IMG/VR virus record: IMGVR_UViG_3300020463_000007 | Location: 32,001 to 96,000 of that record | Strand: one strand, 5' to 3' | Origin: a virus | DNA: 64,000 nt | Shown: positions 29,185 through 38,700 of the stretch, piece by piece | Numbering within the stretch: position 1 is the stretch's first letter | How the letters are laid out: every line of letters begins with the position of its first letter | The notes under the pieces: generated by a model | What the model saw: only the letters and a program-made list of their open reading frames with translations | The model's database searches: none | Told to the model about the DNA's origin: nothing | Position numbers and translations under genes: made by a program

Positions 29185-30201
29185 TCACGTTGCCGCTCTC
29201 CATAAAATTCTTACTGCACCGTGTCCACCGCGTTGACCTTGGTCTCTAACGCTGTTACACGTCATAGACGGAACTCCGCCGTGTCCTCTTGGTGCTGTTG
29301 ATTGGCAGCCGTTGTTTTCATAACATCCGCACAGTCGACTAAAGTAACAAAATTGATTGGTACTCCATCCGTTGGAAGGTGATCTCTTCATTCCTTCTAG
29401 TGCATAGCTATGATAATGATGATATCCAGCCGTACCACCTATTGCTATCTGACTGTCATTGTCTCCTGAGAAGTTTACCATACCTCCACCTGTAGCGTGT
29501 GTACCTGCTGGAACTCTCACATGATATTGTACATAACAGTGATTAGCACTATCACAATTATAAAAACTTGTACAACTAATTCCGCCTGGGCAGTTGATAT
29601 CGCCTCCGTATGCGTTAGCTATCGTTCCTGCCACTGTACCGTCGGTCCTTGTATTACATGCTAGTCCGCAACCTCCACCCCAAGCTGAACCAGCTGGATT
29701 TGTCATTGCTGTTGTACAGAAACTACCGTCTGCTACAAAACAACAAAATGAGCTTGCACTTGGAGCACACATAGTTGTGCCGCCTTCGCCACCTTGGGCA
29801 CATAAACATCCACATATTGTGTTATCACTGGCTGCGCCGAAGTAACAAACACATGTGCCTGTACTTCTGCCTCTGTAACACATTGAGTCAGCGTTGCCGC
29901 ATGAGCTACCTACGCATCCACAAACTTTTGAATTCGCATCTACTAAAAAACATTTTACAACGTATGCTCCTGGATTGCCCGGAACACCCTGACCACAACA
30001 ACACATTTTACCGCCAGAACCACCTGCACCCCAAATTTCAACTCTTAAACAACCGTTACCTGGTGACTTATATGTAAATTTGTGACATTGGCTGTGTTCT
30101 GATGCTGGTGTCCAGTAGAATAGTCTTCCTGTTTCAAGATTCTCTTCTTGACCCACGTAAGCTGGATTTCTACCTTCTATTATCGATTGTAACGTTGCCA
30201 T
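29185..30201 (-). CDS. Cys/Gly-rich fibre-tip/adhesin paralogue 1
   Basis: Same motif order; about 30 Cys. Confidence 0.75.
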   Translation of the reverse strand: MATLQSIIEGRNPAYVGQEENLETGRLFYWTPASEHSQCHKFTYKSPGNGCLRVEIWGAGGSGGKMCCCGQGVPGNPGAYVVKCFLVDANSKVCGCVGSSCGNADSMCYRGRSTGTCVCYFGAASDNTICGCLCAQGGEGGTTMCAPSASSFCCFVADGSFCTTAMTNPAGSAWGGGCGLACNTRTDGTVAGTIANAYGGDINCPGGISCTSFYNCDSANHCYVQYHVRVPAGTHATGGGMVNFSGDNDSQIAIGGTAGYHHYHSYALEGMKRSPSNGWSTNQFCYFSRLCGCYENNGCQSTAPRGHGGVPSMTCNSVRDQGQRGGHGAVRILWRAAT

Positions 30202-30216
30202 TTAAATTTTCTCCGT

Positions 30217-30549
30217 TTAGTTACTTGTAAGAACCCAGCCATAAGTTGCATTTGTATAAGTCAAAGTAATCACAGCGTTAGCTACGTTAATAGTCAAATC
30301 TTCTGCTGTACCTTGTATGTTATTACTGTTGCGTCCTACGGTGATATTATTACTTGCCGCTTGTCCTGCTATGTCGTAAATCTGTACCACGTCACCTGCC
30401 ATTGTATCTGCTGCTGCCGGTAGGGTGATTGTAAAAGCACCACCTGATGCGTCTGCTAAGATACGATCATTAACTAGAGCTTGGTAGGTTGTAGTAATAG
30501 ACCTTACGGTTGAAGCCTGACCTGGAGTTGCATTAATATATCTTCCCAT
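30217..30549 (-). CDS. Small tail-fibre connector protein
   Basis: AFTITLP..GD.V...D......NNITV.RN...I.G...L.Y.....GW beta-sandwich pattern. Confidence 0.65.
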   Translation of the reverse strand: MGRYINATPGQASTVRSITTTYQALVNDRILADASGGAFTITLPAAADTMAGDVVQIYDIAGQAASNNITVGRNSNNIQGTAEDLTINVANAVITLTYTNATYGWVLTSN

Positions 30550-30573
30550 TTTATAATTCCTTTGTCATTGTAT

Positions 30574-30891
30574 TTATGCCGCTGTCTCAATTCCAAACGC
30601 TACTGCACTTACGTTAGCAACATTTGTGTAGACAACTAATAGTTTTCCGGCTTGCATAACAATACCAGTTCTTTCTAGTAACGCCTTTGGTGTAAGTTCT
30701 GTATCAAATTCGATGAACTCACCGTTTGTCGGCGTACTAGCATCTGCTATCGCTAATCTTACGAAGCACGAGCTGTTACCTCTGTTTAGCATATTGATGC
30801 TTACTACAGCAAATGTAGACGCCGGACAGGTATATACAGTTGTATATGTACCTGCTGCTACATCGCTTGCTCCTAATCTTCCACTTGCCAT
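30574..30891 (-). CDS. Small structural adaptor (paralogue of 40920 and 45032 genes)
   Basis: VYTCPA..V..N..IVM.AG..V pattern shared with paralogues. Confidence 0.6.
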   Translation of the reverse strand: MASGRLGASDVAAGTYTTVYTCPASTFAVVSINMLNRGNSSCFVRLAIADASTPTNGEFIEFDTELTPKALLERTGIVMQAGKLLVVYTNVANVSAVAFGIETAA

Positions 30892-30906
30892 TTTATTTCT
30901 CCATGT

Positions 30907-33900
30907 TTATTGTTGTAGATAGTAGTTCATTGCCAACGGATGTCCGTCAACACCTTTTGCAAAGTTTACTTTCTGTAATGTATTTATTGCAACATTAGTG
31001 GTTGTAGTAATTGTACTACCAGTAATTTGTACCACCCCTGCTGTAATGCTGTTTACATTTAGCTCACCCTGTCCTCCACCTATTTGACTAGTAATATATG
31101 TTTTAATAGCTTTTTGTGTAGGAACGATATTATCGCTGTCTGCGGTAAATGTTCCATCAGTAGAGAATTCTGTAATTGTTGCACCGGTGCCGCCTAATTC
31201 AACGGATCCTAGTTCCAACTGGTTTAATCCTGATATGTTAAATGCATCGGCATTCAGAGTTGCAATACCTGTTGATTGTTCAATACTAAACAAGTCACCA
31301 ACTCTAAAGTTACCATCTTGATCTGTAGATGTAAAGAACACTCTACCACCACCAAAGTTATTTGTTTCTTTAGTTTGATCAGGATTTACATTTGGTGTTC
31401 CTGGATAGTTTGTATCAGAAAAATCACCTGTTCCTATATCAAGATAATCATGTCCAGTCAATCTTGCTTGACTGTATCTAATTGTAACTGTTGTAGCTTC
31501 ACCATGTTCTGGCGCTTCTGTAACTGTAATATCAGGACTTACTTGAAATGTTGCTGCATATGGTCCACTGCCTGTTAAGTTTGTAGTCTTGACAAGTTTA
31601 AACCATTTACCTGCAATTCCTGCAAATGCAACGTTTGCTCCGGCTTGTGGTGCTGATGCTAATCCTGCAATTCTAATATTTGCTCCAGGTTGATATCTAT
31701 CAGCATGACCATCACCTGTTACTGTTGCTTGAGCTGTTGTAAATGCTGTACCTCTGTTAGTCCAAGTTGGTTGCCTTAGAACTCCATCACCAGTTCTAAC
31801 AATATGTGGAGCGTCATCAGTATTGTTAGGATCAGTCAATGTAAATGTAGGTGTACCTGAATAGCCTGTGCCTGGATCCCATATTCTAACTTCTGAAATT
31901 TTTCCGTCTGTAACTTTTACACGACCTTTTGCAATGTCTGCATAAGCACTTACGCCGCCGCCGCTGAAGGTTACTCTTGGTTCGATGATGTAATTTGTTG
32001 TATCATCTAGTGCTGAAACAGGAGATACTCCTGTAACATGATCCCAACCGTCTGTACCATCGCTGTGTTTTTTAATTGTTGCTGTTTTAGAACCTGAATT
32101 ATATGTGTTCACATAACCATACTGGCCGGCGCCTGCACCAGAAGTAATGTATACACTCATTCCTACGTATGTGGTATTAATACCAGTATCAGTATTTGAA
32201 ATAACAATTTGTGTAGTATTTCCAGTTTGTGCAACTCCTGCGGCAGTTTTATATCCTGCTCCACCTAAATCACTTGCTGGATCAGTAAGTCTTACTTCCA
32301 TTACTCCGCCGTCGACAACCACTGCACTATTAACAGCTGCACTATATCCCTCACCAGTTACACTAAAGGTAGTACCACCTGCCGTATAACCTGTTCCTGC
32401 ATTTGTATATTCAAATGTTAAAATATTGTTTCCGTCTGTTAAAACGTTTGCAATTTCTGCTTCTGTCGATTTGTTATCAACAGTACCAGTAATAGCAGTT
32501 TCTGTAGCATCTTGTCCTTCAGCTACTGTACCAAAATCTCCATAAGAGTTATTACCGTTAGTAGCACGAATTTTCCCGCCATTTTCTGCTAAGTAACCTA
32601 CGTGATTATAATATGTAAACACAGACACAAGTTCAGCTCTTCCTAAATTTGTAATCCATGCTCCAATACCGTCACTTAAAATTTGTGTAAAGTCGTTAGC
32701 AACAATTGAATCGTTTCCTGCATCATGTAATGCTCCATCAACTTTCATTCCAATACAAGCTGTGCCAAATGTTGAAACATTTTGTACATAAGGTGATTTA
32801 CTTACAATATGAACATTTGTATCTGCTGGTCCGTATCCTGGATCCAAACTTACAAATGCACCTGCATCTGGACGTTTTGTTCCGTAAGCGTTAGCTGATC
32901 CTAATGCACCTGCTAGTCCACTTATAGTACAATTTCTAAGTCCTGTACCATTTCTCATGTAGAACATATCTTCTTTTGCATTACCACTTACTGAGTTAGC
33001 ATAGTATCTTGCATTTAGTAATGTTTTGTAATTACCTGTAAATTTAAGGTCATATATTACACCATCTAGGTATCTATCAACGTCTCTTCTACATGCTGAC
33101 TCGCTGTATGTATAACTTGGATATGTTGCATTAATAAAAGCTATTGCTTCTGATTTTAAAAATTCTCTGTTTGCCTCAATACATTCTTGTGCAAATAAAT
33201 ATCCTGTATCCGTAGTAGGTGTATTTGTTCCTGTAGTCTGTGGAGTAGTAGAATCGCCACTAGCACCATTTACACGGAAATCAATATAATCTTCTAGCTG
33301 TTGGAATAATCCATTTGCCGCTGTGCCTGCAGCACCTGACCCTGCTACTTTGGAAGTAACTTGACTTTGTGCATTGCCGCCTGTTTTTGTTACAGAACCG
33401 TTTGTACAAATATCACTTATAATTGCTTTAAGTCTTTGGATAGCTGCAATACTCTTTGGTGTATCTGCAGCTCCTGTTACTGCTGGTGAAGCAACAACTT
33501 TTGTACCTCGCAACTCATCTCCAATAACTGCTGTTTCTCTTGGCACAATAATTGGTAAGTGTTCCGTAAATTGGCCTGTTTTACAAAAAAGACTATTGTT
33601 AGCAACTCTTTCTGTTGGAATATTAGTTGTTACGCCAGCGGTTAAAGCGGCTGTCAAAATACCTATTAAAGTATTAACAGTAGTTTGTGCATCTGTTTCT
33701 TCTGTATAATTAGAATCTATAACCTGTGAGTGAGCTGGACTAAAACTGTTTGTTGTTTGATAATTCACAGCTGGTGCTAAATTACTTAATACCCTGTCTA
33801 TAACACTATTCAACATATAGTTAATAGTTTCGTTATTTTTGTCAACTACTCCTGCAACACCTAGTGTGTTTGCAACTGGACTTGTTAAATTTGAACCAGT

Positions 33901-35715
33901 AAAATATCTTAACACATCATCTCTTGTTGATTTATTACCATTATGAGTAAGGTCATGTGTAATTGCATCTACAAGTTTACCCATATCAGCTCTAAATGAA
34001 ATTTGTGCTGCACTATTAAAACTAAACCCAGACCAAATGCCTGCGCCTCCTGATGTTTTGTTTACTGCATATTGTACTGCTTCTTCAACAATAAAATTTC
34101 TGTTTCGTTTTATAAGATAACCAGCATTTTCTCTTAATGCACCTGCTTCAATCTGTTCACATGCATATTTAATGGACTTCCATGGTCTTGCTAGTGTTAC
34201 TCCGTAATTTGATGCTGGTAAGTTTTGTCCTGTACTAGTATCCACATAAAATATATTATTAATTCTACCAATATAACTCCATTCAGGTGCGTTACCTGCT
34301 GAATTAACGGTAAGAACTTGTCCTGCATTACCAATTGGTAATCTTCCTGGTCCTGATCCGCTGTAATAAACTAAATCACCTTGAGTAGTTAAAACATCTG
34401 TCTCTGGCCCGCCTGCAAGTTGATTCCAATATGTGCCACCTGAGTCATTAGCAGGATCGTTTACTCCGTTATTAGAAGTGTGTGCTAAAATACAAATATA
34501 ACTGCTTGTACCTTGTCTTACTGAATCTCCAGCATCATATAATGTTGAATCCGACCAAGCATTTTTCCAAGCAACACCACTGTTTAATTTTTGCCAGTAA
34601 GTTGCATTAGGTGGTCTATGTCCTGAACTATCTGCAATACACAAATAAGTGTATCCACCTAGTCTAACAACATCTCCTGTAAAGTATTCGTAGTTAGAGC
34701 TGTCATCACCCCAGTCGCCTATAAAACGGAAACCTGCTGTAAATAAATCCCAATCACTTGGACTTGAAGTTGGTCTTGCTCCTAAGTTATTTGTTTTAGC
34801 AACATAAGAATATCCACCATATGTAACAAAGTCACCTGGCTGATATCTTGTAACGCCTGCCCAACTATCTTCAAATTCTAATCCTTCAACAAACTGATTC
34901 CATTTTGCTTCATCATCACTTAGATTCGTTTGACTAGTATGGTAAGTTACACAAATCCAAATTGCGCCGCCATGTTTTACAACATCATTTACTTTGTATC
35001 TAGTTGCAGAGGCCCAATCGCCTTTGTATTCAATGCCTTTATTTGAAAATTGCCATTTTGCTTGGTCAGCTTCTAGTCCTGATGAGGCAGTTGATGCTGA
35101 TGTATGTCCTGTAATACAAACATAAACAATACCACCATATTTTACAATATCGTTTACTCTGTATCTAAAACTTGTTGTCCATTCACTTTTCCAATTGAAA
35201 CCTTCTGAAAAAATTTGCCATTTTGCTTGATCTGCTTCTAAACCTAATGATGTACTTGCAGCAGAAGTATGTCCTGTAATACAAATATATACAGTTCCAC
35301 CGTATTTGGCAAGGTCATTGACTTTATATCTATAGCTAGTTGTCCAATCATTTGAATAATTAAAACCTTCAGCGAATGTATCCCACTTAGACTGATCTGC
35401 TTCAAGGCCGTCTGCAACAGATGCTGATGCAGTATGACCAGTGTTTGCAATATATAAATATCCGCCATATGCTACAACATCGTTAACTTTATAAGTTGTA
35501 CCTGCTACCCATTGTCCTTTCCAATCTTGTCCATCGGAAATTTTGTTCCAATAAGATGATTGGCTTGTGGTAAAAGCTGCTGGAGCCGTATGACCTTTAA
35601 TAGCAATATAGGTATTACCGCCATATCTGACAATATCGTCTTTGTAATATGTGGTTCCTGTTACCCAGTCACCTTTCCATATAAATCTTATTCTACCTAG
35701 TTTAAATTCAGCCAT
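30907..35715 (-). CDS. Long tail-fibre/appendage protein A
   Basis: Tandem W....Y..DVV.YGG..Y.C...HTS repeats, then a parallel beta-helix-like region (SPYVQNVS, ANDFTQ); C-terminal TSTDQDGNFR. Confidence 0.8.
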   Translation of the reverse strand: MAEFKLGRIRFIWKGDWVTGTTYYKDDIVRYGGNTYIAIKGHTAPAAFTTSQSSYWNKISDGQDWKGQWVAGTTYKVNDVVAYGGYLYIANTGHTASASVADGLEADQSKWDTFAEGFNYSNDWTTSYRYKVNDLAKYGGTVYICITGHTSAASTSLGLEADQAKWQIFSEGFNWKSEWTTSFRYRVNDIVKYGGIVYVCITGHTSASTASSGLEADQAKWQFSNKGIEYKGDWASATRYKVNDVVKHGGAIWICVTYHTSQTNLSDDEAKWNQFVEGLEFEDSWAGVTRYQPGDFVTYGGYSYVAKTNNLGARPTSSPSDWDLFTAGFRFIGDWGDDSSNYEYFTGDVVRLGGYTYLCIADSSGHRPPNATYWQKLNSGVAWKNAWSDSTLYDAGDSVRQGTSSYICILAHTSNNGVNDPANDSGGTYWNQLAGGPETDVLTTQGDLVYYSGSGPGRLPIGNAGQVLTVNSAGNAPEWSYIGRINNIFYVDTSTGQNLPASNYGVTLARPWKSIKYACEQIEAGALRENAGYLIKRNRNFIVEEAVQYAVNKTSGGAGIWSGFSFNSAAQISFRADMGKLVDAITHDLTHNGNKSTRDDVLRYFTGSNLTSPVANTLGVAGVVDKNNETINYMLNSVIDRVLSNLAPAVNYQTTNSFSPAHSQVIDSNYTEETDAQTTVNTLIGILTAALTAGVTTNIPTERVANNSLFCKTGQFTEHLPIIVPRETAVIGDELRGTKVVASPAVTGAADTPKSIAAIQRLKAIISDICTNGSVTKTGGNAQSQVTSKVAGSGAAGTAANGLFQQLEDYIDFRVNGASGDSTTPQTTGTNTPTTDTGYLFAQECIEANREFLKSEAIAFINATYPSYTYSESACRRDVDRYLDGVIYDLKFTGNYKTLLNARYYANSVSGNAKEDMFYMRNGTGLRNCTISGLAGALGSANAYGTKRPDAGAFVSLDPGYGPADTNVHIVSKSPYVQNVSTFGTACIGMKVDGALHDAGNDSIVANDFTQILSDGIGAWITNLGRAELVSVFTYYNHVGYLAENGGKIRATNGNNSYGDFGTVAEGQDATETAITGTVDNKSTEAEIANVLTDGNNILTFEYTNAGTGYTAGGTTFSVTGEGYSAAVNSAVVVDGGVMEVRLTDPASDLGGAGYKTAAGVAQTGNTTQIVISNTDTGINTTYVGMSVYITSGAGAGQYGYVNTYNSGSKTATIKKHSDGTDGWDHVTGVSPVSALDDTTNYIIEPRVTFSGGGVSAYADIAKGRVKVTDGKISEVRIWDPGTGYSGTPTFTLTDPNNTDDAPHIVRTGDGVLRQPTWTNRGTAFTTAQATVTGDGHADRYQPGANIRIAGLASAPQAGANVAFAGIAGKWFKLVKTTNLTGSGPYAATFQVSPDITVTEAPEHGEATTVTIRYSQARLTGHDYLDIGTGDFSDTNYPGTPNVNPDQTKETNNFGGGRVFFTSTDQDGNFRVGDLFSIEQSTGIATLNADAFNISGLNQLELGSVELGGTGATITEFSTDGTFTADSDNIVPTQKAIKTYITSQIGGGQGELNVNSITAGVVQITGSTITTTTNVAINTLQKVNFAKGVDGHPLAMNYYLQQ

Positions 35716-35753
35716 TTGCTACTCCGTTTTTAATATTTATGCCATTTTAATCA

Positions 35754-38700
35754 TTATGCAGAGAAATACATACTTGATAAATAATGGCCATCTGCTCCAC
35801 CTTTTATAATCATTTTTTGCGGCACTTCAATTGTCGCCGCCGCAGTTTGGTTTATATTGTTAGTTGCTACTGTAATTTGTCCAACATTCAATTTATTTGT
35901 GCTGGCATTAGATCCGCCACCACTTACTCTTGACGATACATAAGCAGCAATAGCTTTTTGTGTTGGTACAATATTGTTAGAATTTGCAATAAATGTTTGC
36001 TCTTTAGAAAATTCATTAACTACAACTGCTGTACCACCTATTACAACTCCACCCAAAGTAAGACTTTGTAATCCAGAAAAATTAAATAAACTAGAATTTA
36101 AAGTAATAATACCTGTGGATTGTTCAACTAAGAATTGCTCGCCTGCTCTGAAGTTACCGTCCTGATCTGTGGAAGTATAAAATACTCTACCGCCGCCTAC
36201 TTCAATTACTTCATTAAATTGTTTTGGTTCTGCTCCTGATTCAAAATTGTAACCATCTGTATACAATATCGGATAATTTGTTTCACTGAAATCTCCTGTA
36301 CCTATATCAAGGAAGTCATGTCCTGTCAATCTTATTTGACTATAGTTTTCTCTTAGTTCAACGCTTGTACCATGAGTTGGTGATTCAGCGTTTCCTATTG
36401 CAGGATCTACCTTAATTGTAATATTGTAAGGACCTGCTCCTGATTGTTGGTCGATACTTACGACTTTGTAAATTATGTCATTTATACCATTGATGATAAT
36501 ATTTTCTCCAGGCCCTGGTAAAGCTGTGACACCTTCTAATACTAATTGCTGTCCAGTCTGGAATATTTCAGCATAGCCCGAACCTGATATAGTTGCACTT
36601 GCTACGTTCCAATCTAATCCTCTAGCATTAAACACAGGCTGTCCTAACACTCCAGATGCCGCCACATTGACTGTGTAATTTGCATCAATTGTATTAGGAT
36701 AATCGTGAACTGTAACTGTAGGTGCAGAACTATATCCGCTACCTGGATCGTAAATTGTAAATCCTGATATACGTGATGACGCAACATCAGCTCTAATAAT
36801 AGGTTTAGCACCGTAGTTAACTGAACAAGCATCAGTAGTACCTTTTGACCCTATAAATGCTGGCATACCGGAAGCCGTTAATCCTCCAGCAACCACAGCA
36901 TAACCTCCTGTGGTAGTAAATGCTTTAGTAGTACTATCATCTAATATAGATGACCACACACTTGCAGATTGAGAAGTAATTATTGTGTTATCTGCACTAT
37001 TAGTACATAACCAAACTCCTTGTGTATATGCAAGATTATTCCATAGTCCTGTTGTACTGTCTTGTAAATTTGTTATATTAATATAAGAATCATACCATGT
37101 TATTCCATCTAGACTGTAAATTATTTTTGAATCACTATTACCTACAGCAACAAATCTACCATTAGCATATTGCATATCTTGCCAGTTTGATGTTACAGGT
37201 AAAGTTCTTGTAGTCCATGTTGTTCCGTCTGTAGAAGTTAATGCAGTATTACCTGATTCTGGTAATATTACAAAAACACCGTTGCCATATTCTATTAATT
37301 TGTTTTGTCCAGATATAGTGGTTCCTGCACTCCAGGATACACCGTTGTTTGTACTGATAGCAGTCTCTGTTGCACTTCCGCTTGAAATTGCAATCCATTG
37401 ATTTGCTTTAAATGCAATATCTATCCAGTTAGCTCCGTTTGCTAAAATTGTTTGTGTCCAACTTTGTCCATTATCTTGAGACAAACCTCCTACTGTGGTT
37501 TCAGTTGTACCTTGCAAGGCAACCATATAACTGGTTCCTTTCATTGCTTTAACTTTGGTCCAAGTTCCTGTTGTGCTTCCTGTAGACGTAGTCCATGCAC
37601 CCCCGGCATTTCCAGAGTAAGAAATTAAATCTGTTTTAGCAATTACAAAATTAGTATCATTTGCTGTAATTGTATCTATTTTATGAGGTACTGTTAATGC
37701 TGTACTTGCGAATGCTGGCTCTGTAACGTCTACCCTAGGTTCGATAGCATATCTAGTAGCTGATGTAAGTGTTCCTATAATTGGGTATCCAGGATATATA
37801 TGTTCCCATCCTGCGGTTCCGTCACTTTCTCTTTCAACTGTAGCAACTTTTGTGCCGCTGTTGTAAGAACTTATTCTTGCATATTGTCCGTCTCCTGCTC
37901 CTGATAGTATAACAATACGTTGTCCTACATAAGCTGCCGAAGTACCTGTTGTATCTGCATTAGATAACTTAATACTTGTAGTGTCTCCTTCTTGGGCGTT
38001 GTTTACAATATATGTGTAATTTAATCCACCAGGTGTACTTGAATCTCCTGGATCTGTAACTCTAATATTAGTCAAAGCATTTTTTCTTAATTCTTCAAAA
38101 CCTGCAACTACTCCATATCCTGATCCAGATAAATTAATTGAAGGTGTACCTGTGTAGTTTTCTCCTGCATTACTGTATCCAAATGCTAGTGCAGATGTTC
38201 CGTTAGTTTCTACTACACGTATTTGAGCTTGTTTAGATCTATTGTTTACTGTTCCTGTTTTAGCAGTTTCTGATGGATTTACACCTTCAGCTACAGATCC
38301 AAAATCTCCATAAGAGTTGTTTCCATTTGTTGCTCTAACCTTTCCTCCAAATTCACAGAGATAGCCTATATGGTTATAGTATGTAAACACAGACACAAGT
38401 TCTGATTTGCCATCATAACTACACCAATAACCTATACCGTCTGGTAATATTTGTGTGAAATCGTTTGCAACGATAGATCTATTTCCTGCATTGTGTAAGC
38501 TACCGTCTACTCTAAGTCCTGTACAACCTGTTCCAAATGAAGATACATTTTGTATATAAGGAGATTTTGACGTAATATGAACAGTAGTATCTCCTGGACC
38601 TGTGCCAGGATCTAAACTGACATATGCACCTGCTGTAGGTCGTCTTGTTCCATAACTGTTAGGAGTGCCAAGTGTACCACTAAGCCCATTCAAAGACATG

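Noticed and set aside
27062-30201. Diversity-generating retroelement or genetic-code change behind the Cys-rich paralogues
   Set aside because: No reverse transcriptase or near-identical TR/VR pair seen; Cys uses TGT/TGC and all core genes are intact in code 11
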